A stretch of 64,000 nt of DNA, from the NCBI GenBank assembly GCA_002504905.1, contig DATY01000024.1:16796-80795 (forward strand). The letters run 5' to 3'. Source of the DNA: Euryarchaeota archaeon UBA605. GTDB lineage: Archaea; Thermoplasmatota; Poseidoniia; Poseidoniales; Thalassarchaeaceae. The notes below the pieces were generated by a model. The model ran no database searches and was not told the origin of the DNA. It was given only the letters and a program-made list of their open reading frames with translations. The translations under genes were made by a program, and so were the position numbers. Shown one piece after another: positions 1 through 9,202 of the stretch (the stretch's first letter is position 1; each line of letters opens with the position of its first letter).

Positions 1-856
1 CTCTTCCTCTGCGTAACTCTTCTCTAAATCTATTAACTATGAACAGCGAATAATCTACACTCAGACCAATACCCAATAATGAAACAATATTATTTGCATA
101 TGTAGTAATGTCATCAAAGACATAGGTCAAACCTGTAACAATACCAACCGCAGCAATTACAGTATACACGCCAGTCAAAACAGGTAATCCAGCAGCAACA
201 AGACTCCCAAAGACCAACAATAAGATTAGTAAAGTAAGAGGGGCCGAAATCAATTCTGCTTTGATTAATTCTTCTTCAAGAGTCAAATCAAATACAACAT
301 CAATTGCCAGATTTCCTGTGACCCATTTTTCCATTCCCTCGGGGGCATTTTCTGGTAATTCTAGATCTTCTATAGTCTCTTTTAGCAGAATTTTCGAACC
401 ATCTCTGTCTAAATTCACCTGTAACCTTATTCTAGACCAAGACTCATCAATCGTACTAATCAGATTCGATTTATTAGCTTCATTGGTGAACCACGGATAA
501 TCTATTGATACATCTTCATTATCTCGAAAAATTTTCACTGTTTCTTCCATAGCAAATCTAATTTCAGAATCACTAGAATTTCCGGTTGGATGGTGAAATA
601 GGACATAAAAAACCTCGTAAGAAGACTCATTTTCATCAGAAAATCCAGTGGCGATAGCTTCCCATCCATAGACGGACTCTAAATCTCCCTCGCCAAAACC
701 TTCGATATATTTCGGTTCTAAAGTAATTAATCCGGCGAGCCCTACCCCTAAAAGTAAAGTAGCAACCAAGACTACCTTCGCATTATCATAAACAAAACCA
801 CCAATTTTGTAGTACAACCTATCTTCTAAAACTGAAGGGTCGGTAGTTCCTTCCAT
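1..856 (-). CDS. MMPL/RND-superfamily membrane transporter, N-terminal part (gene runs off the left edge)
   Basis: Absent from the ORF track because there is no stop inside the window. My minus-strand translation from the ATG at 856-854 gives MEGTTDPSVLEDRLYYKIGGFVYDNAKVVLVATLLLGVGLAG (TM1), then a ~170 aa soluble loop, then LISAPLTLLILLLVFGSLVAAGLPVLTG...LLGIGLSVDYSLFIVNRFREELRRG. The GxGxDYxLF..R(F/Y)REE block is typical of MMPL-type RND transporters. Confidence 0.7.
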   Translation of the reverse strand, partial: MEGTTDPSVLEDRLYYKIGGFVYDNAKVVLVATLLLGVGLAGLITLEPKYIEGFGEGDLESVYGWEAIATGFSDENESSYEVFYVLFHHPTGNSSDSEIRFAMEETVKIFRDNEDVSIDYPWFTNEANKSNLISTIDESWSRIRLQVNLDRDGSKILLKETIEDLELPENAPEGMEKWVTGNLAIDVVFDLTLEEELIKAELISAPLTLLILLLVFGSLVAAGLPVLTGVYTVIAAVGIVTGLTYVFDDITTYANNIVSLLGIGLSVDYSLFIVNRFREELRRGR

Positions 857-941
857 GAAAGCCCGAACTACTTTTAATATTAAAATAAGAAGTATATATG
901 ATAATACAAAATTTATTCAATGGGGAAATTAGACATCTATT

Positions 942-1724
942 TTAGCATAATTCTGCTACTGATTTTACAATCAAACTCGGCCTCTGCGCAGCCTCATTTG
1001 CATCCTCCAAAGTAGCTTCTCCTGACAAGACCAAAATTCCATGAACGCCGGATCTTTCAGCCATTTCCATGTCTGTGTATAACCGATCTCCTACCATTGC
1101 ACATTTTTTGGGATCTAAACCTAATTCCTGTATTTTATGTAATATCATTCCTGGATTTGGTTTACCGCAAATATGTTCAGGCTTCATGCCTGTAGTCGCT
1201 TCAAATAGCGCGATGTAGGCGCCCGTATCAGGCAAACCTCCATCTGGCGATGGGCAAACGATATCTGGATGACTGACAACTAAAGGGACCCCTTTGTGTA
1301 AATTTATTGAAGCCTCAGTTAATTTATCATATGTTATTTCAGTATCATAACCTAATACGACGTATTGAGGATTATTTGACGAAGTATTTACTCCTGCTTC
1401 TTCAAGCATTTCCCTCATCCCCATTGTTCCTACTAGGTAGGTGTCTGAAACATTATTCTTCGAAAGCCACGCTAATAAATCGTGAGTTGATAGCAAAATA
1501 TCTTCTTCTTTTGCGGGAACTCCCATGGCTTCTAGTTTTGAGAGATATTGTTTTACTGATTTACTTGAATTATTAGATAAAAAGAATCTTCGGATACCCT
1601 TTTTTTCAATCCTATTTAAGAAATCCACAGCTCCATCTATCATTTTATTCCCCATGTAAATAGTACCGTCTAAATCTAGAAAAATGGCATCTATTCCATT
1701 CAAATCTTTCCCTAATTTTTCCAT
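942..1724 (-). CDS. HAD-superfamily subfamily IIA phosphatase (NagD/PGP-like sugar phosphatase)
   Basis: Motif I is FLDLDGTIY (DxDGT). It also has LSNNS, a GKPNP motif, and motif IV VGDRLYTDME. The 260 aa length is typical of HAD-IIA. Confidence 0.85.
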   Translation of the reverse strand: MEKLGKDLNGIDAIFLDLDGTIYMGNKMIDGAVDFLNRIEKKGIRRFFLSNNSSKSVKQYLSKLEAMGVPAKEEDILLSTHDLLAWLSKNNVSDTYLVGTMGMREMLEEAGVNTSSNNPQYVVLGYDTEITYDKLTEASINLHKGVPLVVSHPDIVCPSPDGGLPDTGAYIALFEATTGMKPEHICGKPNPGMILHKIQELGLDPKKCAMVGDRLYTDMEMAERSGVHGILVLSGEATLEDANEAAQRPSLIVKSVAELC

Positions 1725-1734
1725 AACATTAACC

Positions 1735-3114
1735 TCATGGTAACAATAATGTTTTCATTAAAAACCAAGGACTCCAAAGCATTTTTTGGGTTTCTTTACT
1801 AGCAATCATTTCAGACATCATTTTCCCGATCTCTTCTTTCTTTGATGCTTTTTTGACGAACCAATTTGTGAGTAATTTCCATTTCATAACTCTTTGTAAA
1901 GTTTTTGAGTTCTTTAATTCAGAACCTAACGCATCCCACAATTCATTCATGTAATCTATTGCTTTTTCTTCAGTAAAACCATCGGCGTGAAGATCTTTAT
2001 CAAAATGCTTCGAAGTCAATTTTGCCGACAGTAAAGCATTACCTATTCCTTCTCCACTAAATGGATCAACCAAGCTTGCAGAATCTCCAACACACATTGC
2101 ACCAGCCATTGCAATCCTTCTGGGTTGGAATCCTCCAGGTGGATTTTTTCTAGGGGAGCCGAATGGTAATTGCCACCCTCTTTCGGAACCCGGAACCAAT
2201 GTTGAGTTCGCAAACCTACCCTTAAACCGAGGGTGTTCCTCAATAACCCATTTTTGTATTTTCTTGAGTGATTTCTTTTTACTCTTTTTTAGTTTTCTAT
2301 GTTCGGAAATCAACATTCCAATTCCAACATTGACTCTATTTCCTTGCACCGGGAAAAGCCAAAAGTAACCTGGCAAAACCTCGTCAATAAAGTGTATCTC
2401 AATTGGGCCTTCTTCTCCTCCTAAACCTTCAACATTGTCCCAATATTCGCGATACCCTCCACAAAAGTGATCATCATCTCTGTGTGGCTCATTATGTAAT
2501 TCAGTAATTACTCTTGAGACCGGACAATTGTAACCACCAGCCCCAATAGTAACCGCAGAAGTAAAAGTCAACTCATCATTACCCGATCTTCTTCCTCCTA
2601 CACTGCCTCGAATACCCTTGATTTTGTGGCCACTATTTTCTTTTTCAAAGATTATTTCATGTACAGAAAAGTCTTGTATTACCGCCCCACCATTCTCTCT
2701 AACTATTTCCTGACCTCTCTGGAACATCATGTAATCGAATTGCATTCTTGGTAGAGCATATCCCGATTGTAGACCCATTTTCTCATAAGACTCCTTCGGC
2801 AGCATGACTCTAACTTCAGAACCATTTGCACTACCAAAAACAATTGAATCTACAACATAGTGAGGAGTCGACTCAATCATATCAAGAACTCCTAATTCCT
2901 TCACATGAGATAGAGATTTACCTCCTACAGCATCTCCACAGATCTTGTCTCTGGGCCAAGTTTCTTTCTCCAATAAGAGAACTTTACACCCATTTAAGGC
3001 ATTGTAAGCTGCAGCAGCAGAGCCCCCCGGACCTCCACCAACAACAATCACGTCAAAGTGAGTATTTGAATCTGGAATTTCCCCCGAATCAATAGGTTTT
3101 TCCCACGCGCCCAT
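1735..3114 (-). CDS. FAD-dependent oxidoreductase, geranylgeranyl reductase family (archaeal lipid / prenyl saturation)
   Basis: N-terminal Rossmann motif FDVIVVGGGPGGSAAA, followed by LLEKETWPRDKICGDAVG. The overall layout fits the GGR family, but at 459 aa it is longer than typical members. Confidence 0.75.
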   Translation of the reverse strand: MGAWEKPIDSGEIPDSNTHFDVIVVGGGPGGSAAAAYNALNGCKVLLLEKETWPRDKICGDAVGGKSLSHVKELGVLDMIESTPHYVVDSIVFGSANGSEVRVMLPKESYEKMGLQSGYALPRMQFDYMMFQRGQEIVRENGGAVIQDFSVHEIIFEKENSGHKIKGIRGSVGGRRSGNDELTFTSAVTIGAGGYNCPVSRVITELHNEPHRDDDHFCGGYREYWDNVEGLGGEEGPIEIHFIDEVLPGYFWLFPVQGNRVNVGIGMLISEHRKLKKSKKKSLKKIQKWVIEEHPRFKGRFANSTLVPGSERGWQLPFGSPRKNPPGGFQPRRIAMAGAMCVGDSASLVDPFSGEGIGNALLSAKLTSKHFDKDLHADGFTEEKAIDYMNELWDALGSELKNSKTLQRVMKWKLLTNWFVKKASKKEEIGKMMSEMIASKETQKMLWSPWFLMKTLLLP

Positions 3115-3156
3115 ATTATCGCCGAAACTTCCGAAGCGTACTCAGGAATTGAACAT

Positions 3157-3513
3157 ATGCCACAGGCTATATTGGAAACCCACCTAGCATTGCCCATGGA
3201 TGACACGCTATTCATAGTTCAAACAACGCTTAGTGGAGACCTAAATGATGCAGAAGTCGGAATCTGGGCTCAATCAATTATTGATTCTAATTTGGCTGCT
3301 TGTGTACAGATAAATAAGGGAAGATCTGTTTACAGGTGGAAGAGTGAAATAATGAGTGAGCCGGAATGGTCTATAAAACTCAAAACAACAAAATCAAAAG
3401 TTAATCTGTTAATTGATAAGATAAAATTAGAACACTCTTACGAAACTCCTGAAATATTATTTTGGGCGGTTGAATCTACTGAGGAATATTCTCAATGGGT
3501 TAAGGGTGAGTAA
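3157..3513 (+). CDS. cutA: Divalent-cation tolerance protein CutA
   Basis: 118 aa. FIVQTTL...AACVQI...SVYRWKSEI...EWSIKLKT...HSYETPEI matches the CutA1 pattern. Confidence 0.8.
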   Translation: MPQAILETHLALPMDDTLFIVQTTLSGDLNDAEVGIWAQSIIDSNLAACVQINKGRSVYRWKSEIMSEPEWSIKLKTTKSKVNLLIDKIKLEHSYETPEILFWAVESTEEYSQWVKGE

Positions 3514-3516
3514 TTT

Positions 3517-4200
3517 TTGTCTAGAACTGAGTCGTATTTTAAATTGGCAAAAAAAGTCCCTACTACTAAATGGAGTTCTAAGGACCCAATGTCAACTAAA
3601 CCTAAAATTAATACATTGATGATATTAGTTATTGGATTGTGGATATTTGGTACGGGTGATGCGGTAATAATTGCGGCAGGGCTTGGAGTAGCTCCTTGGA
3701 CAGTCTTGGCACAAGGCATTGGTGTCCAATTTGATTGGACAATCGGTCAAGCGACATTTTTTATTAGCGTAGTCGTGCTTTTTTTATGGATCCCGTTAAG
3801 GGAAAAACCGGGGATAGGCACAATTCTAAATGCAATTTTAATCGCATTAGCAATTGATATCATGGAACCTTTCCTTCCTCATCCAGAGAAATTAATTTAT
3901 CAGTTAATTCAAGTTTTATTTGGAACAATATTGGTAGGAATAGGTAGCGGTTTTTACCTAACTGCGAACCTAGGTCCTGGACCGCGTGATGGATGGATGA
4001 CAGGTCTCCAAAGAATCACCAACATCCCAATAGGCAGAGTCAGAACAACAATTGAAATAATTGCATTACTAATTGGCTGGAAACTGGGAGGAATATTTGG
4101 AGTAGGTACAATTATTTTTGCAATTTTAATAGGCCCTGTAGTCGCCCTATTTCTACAACTAACGGATAGAATATGGGGGACCAATGAAACAATTAGTTAG
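3517..4200 (+). CDS. Polytopic membrane protein (YczE/YitT-like, 5-6 TM)
   Basis: Hydrophobic segments run throughout. GLGVAPWTVLAQGI resembles the YczE-type motif. The track start is a TTG 3 nt after the cutA stop; the first ATG is at 3589 (MSTKPKINTLMILV...), so the true start is uncertain. Confidence 0.55.
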   Translation: MSRTESYFKLAKKVPTTKWSSKDPMSTKPKINTLMILVIGLWIFGTGDAVIIAAGLGVAPWTVLAQGIGVQFDWTIGQATFFISVVVLFLWIPLREKPGIGTILNAILIALAIDIMEPFLPHPEKLIYQLIQVLFGTILVGIGSGFYLTANLGPGPRDGWMTGLQRITNIPIGRVRTTIEIIALLIGWKLGGIFGVGTIIFAILIGPVVALFLQLTDRIWGTNETIS

Positions 4201-4667
4201 CCGAGAGATTTAGCAAAACCATCAAAACTGTAAAATGAAACTAAAGTTTGAGTGTGACCAACTCCATTAATTTCAGACAATTCATCTAAGATCGAATCTC
4301 CTAAATTAGCCATATCTTTGGCTACTACTTCTACAATAAAATCCCATTGACCCGTGACTATATGGCACCCCACTACAAAAGGCATTTTACAAATTTCTTC
4401 AGCCACGAATCTTCTATCAATATCTTCTCTCTGCCCTGCCCAATTTGCAAGAATAAATCCATGTAAGGGCCAGCCCAATTCTCTTCGATTAATTTCAACA
4501 GAAAATTTATTTATTATCCCTCTCTCTTGTAATCTTTTAATGCGATCATGAACAGTGACTCTTGGCATATTCAAGGCATCAGCAATTGCTTGTGTAGTTG
4601 CCCGAGAATCATCATTGAGCATTTTTAGTATACCGGAATCTTTTGCATCTAACTTTGAGAATGGCAT
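4197..4667 (-). CDS. Lrp/AsnC-family transcriptional regulator
   Basis: HTH region ILKMLNDDSRATTQAIADALNMPRVTVHDRIKRLQERGII, plus a C-terminal RAM/ligand domain. It is divergent from a PLP-enzyme / LysE-exporter pair. Confidence 0.9.
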   Translation of the reverse strand: MPFSKLDAKDSGILKMLNDDSRATTQAIADALNMPRVTVHDRIKRLQERGIINKFSVEINRRELGWPLHGFILANWAGQREDIDRRFVAEEICKMPFVVGCHIVTGQWDFIVEVVAKDMANLGDSILDELSEINGVGHTQTLVSFYSFDGFAKSLG

Positions 4668-4802
4668 TATACGACGCTAAGACTATTCTTTCTTAGTATT
4701 TCCGTCATAAAGTCGGTAGATTGATCATTCGCCGTCAAAATCTCGACATCTATTGTATATATTCGCCGTTTAGTTGATTTGCTATCACTCATTCCGAGGC
4801 AT

Positions 4803-6005
4803 ATGGAGAACAATAATCCCGACACAGAATTCGCAACAAAAGCCGTCCACTCTGGAATGCTAGAAATAGAAGGCGCAGCTTCTACACCAATCTTCTTATC
4901 TTCGACTTACAGATTAACTGATGAAAAATACAAAGGATGGGCAGAAGGGCTACACCACAGCGTCGTTTATTCTAGAATTTCTAGTATTAACTCAGAAGTA
5001 GTATCTGCAAAGCTTGCCGCTTTAGAAGGCGCAGAAGATGCTGAGGTCTTCTCTAGTGGAATGGCAGCAATTTCTACAACTCTTCTAACTTTACTTTCAA
5101 AGGGAGATCACATCATAGCCACCCCTGATTGCTATGGAGGGACTTACGCCCTACTTACGGATATACTCCCAAGAATGGGTATAGAAGTTACGATGGCCGA
5201 TATTAGGGATCCATCAAGTTACGAGCAAGCCATTCAGGAGAATACCAAGGTATTGTATGTCGAGACAATGACCAATCCCACACTCAAGGTTTGTGACCTT
5301 TCTGCTATGGCAGAATTAGCCAAAGAGAACAACCTCATTTCTGTTGTTGATAACACATTCGTTTCTCCTTGGTCGTGCAATCCAATCGAAATGGGATTTG
5401 ATATCGTAATTCATTCCGGAACGAAATATCTTGGAGGACATTCAGACTTAACAGCTGGTTTTGTAGCGGGTAAGAAGACACTTGTTGCCGAAATATTCCA
5501 CAACAAGATATATCTCGGTGGAGCAGCAGACCCTCATATGTGTTATTTATTAGAGAGAGGAATGAGGACTTTACATGCTAGGATGCCTATCCATGCATCC
5601 AATTCTGCTGAAATAGCAAAGAGATTAGAAAACCATGAAATGATTGAGAAAGTAATCCATACTTCACTATCAAATCATCCAGACTTCGAGATAGCCAACA
5701 GAATAATGCCCAGAGGTAGTGGTATGCTTGCATTTGTAATAAAAGGAGGAGACGCATCTGCTCTTAAATTTATGAAATCTTTAGATTTAATTTTTGAAGC
5801 AACTAGCTTAGGAGGAGTTGAAAGTCTTGTTGAATGCCCATTCAATTCTAGTCATATGTTTGTCCCTGAAGAGGTTAGATTTGAAGCAGGCGTAGTTCCC
5901 GGGTTTGTGAGAATGAGTATTGGGATTGAAAATGTCGAAGATCTATGGAAAGATATCGAACAAGGATTAGATGCAGCTGCTGATTTACTCGCCACTAGAG
6001 CATAG
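4803..6005 (+). CDS. Cys/Met-metabolism PLP-dependent enzyme (cystathionine gamma-synthase/beta-lyase/methionine gamma-lyase family)
   Basis: PLP-lysine signature DIVIHSGTKYLGGHSDLTAG. About 400 aa. I prefer the ATG at 4803 (MENNNPD...) to the track's TTG at 4779. GAGG lies 4-7 nt upstream. Confidence 0.85.
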   Translation: MENNNPDTEFATKAVHSGMLEIEGAASTPIFLSSTYRLTDEKYKGWAEGLHHSVVYSRISSINSEVVSAKLAALEGAEDAEVFSSGMAAISTTLLTLLSKGDHIIATPDCYGGTYALLTDILPRMGIEVTMADIRDPSSYEQAIQENTKVLYVETMTNPTLKVCDLSAMAELAKENNLISVVDNTFVSPWSCNPIEMGFDIVIHSGTKYLGGHSDLTAGFVAGKKTLVAEIFHNKIYLGGAADPHMCYLLERGMRTLHARMPIHASNSAEIAKRLENHEMIEKVIHTSLSNHPDFEIANRIMPRGSGMLAFVIKGGDASALKFMKSLDLIFEATSLGGVESLVECPFNSSHMFVPEEVRFEAGVVPGFVRMSIGIENVEDLWKDIEQGLDAAADLLATRA

Positions 6006-6607
6006 TGGTTACTATGGACTCAGAACTTTTTGTCCAATTTCTAGTTTTTACCATAGCAATGTGCTTTTCACCGGGCCCAAATAATATTCTTTGTGCAGCG
6101 CATGGCTCACAGCACGGCTTCAAAGGTACTTTGCCTTTAATTTCAGGAATGGCTATTGGATGGTCTACATTAGGAATTTTTGTCGGAGGAGCAACTGTTT
6201 TTATCGAAAAAAATCAATCATTTTTTGATCTATTAACTTATTTTGGTGCAATATACATTGCGTATTTGGGGTATCAAGTTTTCAAAACCTCTCCGATGTC
6301 CGACGAGGAACAAAAAAGTACTAAATTAGGGCCGATTACTGGTATTATTTTACAAGTGGTTAATGGTAAGGCATGGATCCATTTTCTAGTATTGATGACC
6401 CAATTCGGTCTTTTATTCGGCTCAGGCTTTGGAGCGAAAGTCATGTTAGTCGGACTAAATCTTGTATTTGGCTTACCTGCTGTAATGACTTGGGCAGGTT
6501 TCGGTACTCAGTTGAGAAAATTATTCACGACTACTAAATCAGCTACAATGTTGAACAGAGGCATGGGCTTTTCTTTGATTGCTGTAGCAATTTGGATAGC
6601 ACTTTGA
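6005..6607 (+). CDS. LysE/RhtB-family amino-acid exporter
   Basis: 200 aa with about 6 TM segments and the N-terminal FSPGPNN motif. The GTG start overlaps the upstream stop (TAGTG); an alternative ATG lies at 6014. Confidence 0.8.
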   Translation: MVTMDSELFVQFLVFTIAMCFSPGPNNILCAAHGSQHGFKGTLPLISGMAIGWSTLGIFVGGATVFIEKNQSFFDLLTYFGAIYIAYLGYQVFKTSPMSDEEQKSTKLGPITGIILQVVNGKAWIHFLVLMTQFGLLFGSGFGAKVMLVGLNLVFGLPAVMTWAGFGTQLRKLFTTTKSATMLNRGMGFSLIAVAIWIAL

Positions 6608-6611
6608 TTAT

Positions 6612-8321
6612 TCATGGACTAGATAATTTTCCTGCACCGGATATCTCAGCTAATTTTTCCATAGCAACGATATAATCATTTCTTGCCCCTTCACTATTTT
6701 CATTCAGGATTTTTTCTGCTGATGTCCATAACATGTTTAATGCAGGGACCCAATCACTACCTTTGTCCCGGGAAGCCGAATCAAATCTCCAAGCGTCAGA
6801 TTCTGTTCTATCGTGTACAACAAGCCAAGCCCATCCCATTGCAGCATCCAAGCCTTTTCCTTTTCTCGCTAAAGATACCGTAGATGCTACACCATCATCT
6901 CCAGCCTTTCTAATTAGTCTATCAGCAAAAGCGAGAGGATTCGGAAGTGAAACATTATTCCATGGCAAAGTATCCAATTTCTTTGCTGTAGAAAGATTAT
7001 TTTTCAACTCTCTTAGAAATGCTCCAAAACCTTGTTTTCGCTGTAACTGTTTATTGTAAATTTCCTCTGCATCTTCACCCGTTAGCTCGAACATATCCTT
7101 CAGAATAGTGAGCCCATGATCTTTCCATAAAGAAACTAGTAAAGGGTGACAAGCATTTTCTTCAAACCTTACAACCTTTTCATCTAATTCAAATGTAAAA
7201 CCATCTTGTCTTACATGTATTCCTGTTTCAAGACTATCTAAGACCGTTGAAATTGCATCTTTTTCGTCCTCACTTCCTGATAAAAAATCTAAGAAATCTT
7301 TCTTCGAATCATTGTCAAACCAATTATTCCCACTAACATAACCATCATCGATTGAATTTAAGATACTCTTACGACATTCTCTTCCCAATGAAGAATCTTC
7401 TAAAGCCATAGACATCCAAGCAAGTAAAATCTCATCTAATTTCTCTAATCCTTCAATTGGTAGTGACCTATCTTCCGGCCAACCTATCGGCCTCCACATC
7501 CACTCTGCCTTAATGATTTCAGAAATTTTTGGAGGAAGCATAGTCAGCGCTATTGATGGGACGAAACCCTCTTCAGTTTTAGCGAGAGAACTTTGGGATA
7601 ATCCTGCTATGACGCCATTTTGAAAAGTGATTTTTAACCACCCAGAGTCTGTAAAAATATTATCTTTTACTGTCTCTTCATCTAGCCCCTTACTCCATCT
7701 TATCGTATCTCCAGTGAATTTAATTGAGGAGAATTCTAGAGCAGCCTCAATCCAACCTTCGGGTGATTTAGGACTTATTCCGGTGTATTCGTACCCATCT
7801 TTCCAAGAGAAAAACCAGTGTCCAGATTTTGCGTGCTCGTCCCAAACCAGCATTCTTAATTTGTGATTTTTATAATTTTGAATCGCTGCCTGGTGAGCCT
7901 GTTTTCCATTCCCCCTTCTAATAAAACTCGAAGTTCCATATATTGGATTATTGAATACTGCTACCGTCGAATGATCTCCGTCAAGCGCAGCTAACAAACT
8001 ACCCGCCAAAGCCCGAGAAACCATACAACCGCGCCTTTTCACCATTCTTCTCGCTAACCATTTTCGATCATGACGTTTTTTAGAAACATATTCAATTTCT
8101 TTCAGACTGGCTGCCATCATATCTCTTCTAGGTCTTCCAAGCTCGACATTAATATCTGGTAAGAATATTTTCGGATCCTCTAAGAGAGCATCTAAATCAT
8201 TCCCCAAGCGTTGTTGAATTTGTTTAGATGCCTGTTTAATACCACGCACTTTCACCTTTTTTCTACGATTTTTATCGCCAGGAAATCTAACTTCTGCGGG
8301 TGGGCGAGCCATGTTATACAA
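6612..8321 (-). CDS. Hypothetical soluble protein with a basic N-terminus (no family recognised)
   Basis: Long uninterrupted 569-aa ORF with a lysine/arginine-rich N-terminus (DKNRRKKVKVRGIKQASK). I see no TM segments and no recognisable catalytic motif. Confidence 0.6.
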   Translation of the reverse strand: MYNMARPPAEVRFPGDKNRRKKVKVRGIKQASKQIQQRLGNDLDALLEDPKIFLPDINVELGRPRRDMMAASLKEIEYVSKKRHDRKWLARRMVKRRGCMVSRALAGSLLAALDGDHSTVAVFNNPIYGTSSFIRRGNGKQAHQAAIQNYKNHKLRMLVWDEHAKSGHWFFSWKDGYEYTGISPKSPEGWIEAALEFSSIKFTGDTIRWSKGLDEETVKDNIFTDSGWLKITFQNGVIAGLSQSSLAKTEEGFVPSIALTMLPPKISEIIKAEWMWRPIGWPEDRSLPIEGLEKLDEILLAWMSMALEDSSLGRECRKSILNSIDDGYVSGNNWFDNDSKKDFLDFLSGSEDEKDAISTVLDSLETGIHVRQDGFTFELDEKVVRFEENACHPLLVSLWKDHGLTILKDMFELTGEDAEEIYNKQLQRKQGFGAFLRELKNNLSTAKKLDTLPWNNVSLPNPLAFADRLIRKAGDDGVASTVSLARKGKGLDAAMGWAWLVVHDRTESDAWRFDSASRDKGSDWVPALNMLWTSAEKILNENSEGARNDYIVAMEKLAEISGAGKLSSP

Positions 8322-8364
8322 TTATCGGAAACATCGCCCCCCCTTGAGTTCGTCGATTGAATGG

Positions 8365-9177
8365 TCAAACAATTTTCCTACGGTTAAAAGCATCAATTTC
8401 ATTTTGATTCATATTAGAAGGTATAACTAAGCAATGAATCCACCCTTCACTAAATTTAGATATTTCAGATAAATTACCGGCAATTATATTTTGAGAATCT
8501 AATGAAATATCTGTAAGTAAAATACCATTCATATTTTTCACAGATAGTGTTTTTTCTCCACTAATCTGGATAATCTTTTCCTCCATTTTCCTCAACATTG
8601 TATATGCATCAATAGGACTCATAGGGGTTGGTTTTTCAATCCCCATCCCTGTGGGGTCCAAATCAAACAAAACAAGAGTATGGAGCCCATTATCATAATT
8701 TTTATAGATCATTTCAAGCGGAGAGGAGGGGAGATATTTTCCATAGGAATAAGGTATCGTGACCTGCCTCCCAAACCTGTAAGATTGTAATCCCGATAAC
8801 GAGATCGCTAACGCAGTAGCAGTAATCCCTGGTATGAAATTAAAATTTATTCCTAAATCGGCACATCGCGCTTCTAAATCAATATGAGTAGTAGCTTGCA
8901 AGGGGTCCCCAACAACTAATAACGCCACAGGGAAATCTTTTGCCAACTTTAATAATTTATCTGGGCTTTCTACCTCGGGTCTCATAATTCGTTCCCAAGA
9001 ACCTATGAACTCCTCCAATCTTTCTTCTTGACCCGGAGGTAAAATAGCAGTATATCCTTCTAAATACCTATTAGAACAACCTCTTGCAATATTGATTGCT
9101 TTTTTACTCATATGGTCTAAATTCCCTGGTCCTAAGCCAATGATCCACAAGCCAGCCGACAACCCCTCCTCCGTCAT
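8365..9177 (-). CDS. dph5: Diphthine synthase (EF-2 diphthamide biosynthesis methyltransferase)
   Basis: GLWIIGLGPGNLDHMSKKAI...YLEGYTAIL...VALLVVGDPLQATTHIDL...GLQSYRFG matches the DphB/Dph5 tetrapyrrole-methylase-fold pattern. The start is taken at MTEEGLSAGLWIIGLG (9177). The track ORF extends to 9396, and an in-frame ATG also exists at 9204. Confidence 0.85.
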   Translation of the reverse strand: MTEEGLSAGLWIIGLGPGNLDHMSKKAINIARGCSNRYLEGYTAILPPGQEERLEEFIGSWERIMRPEVESPDKLLKLAKDFPVALLVVGDPLQATTHIDLEARCADLGINFNFIPGITATALAISLSGLQSYRFGRQVTIPYSYGKYLPSSPLEMIYKNYDNGLHTLVLFDLDPTGMGIEKPTPMSPIDAYTMLRKMEEKIIQISGEKTLSVKNMNGILLTDISLDSQNIIAGNLSEISKFSEGWIHCLVIPSNMNQNEIDAFNRRKIV

Positions 9178-9202
9178 GGTGAAGGGGTCTAACCGAGTGC
9201 AC

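Noticed and set aside
261-500. 79-aa ORF on the plus strand (and similar track ORFs at 1307-1576, 2043-2243 and 2826-3095).
   Set aside because: These lie antisense to, or out of frame within, well-supported genes (MMPL transporter, HAD phosphatase, GGR). They have serine/leucine-rich shadow-frame composition and no motifs, so I treat them as spurious.
4677-4696. Inverted repeat CTAAGA-N8-TCTTAG 10-30 nt upstream of the Lrp/AsnC gene start, a possible autoregulatory operator.
   Set aside because: The arms are only 6 bp in AT-rich DNA, well within chance expectation. It would need comparative or binding data.
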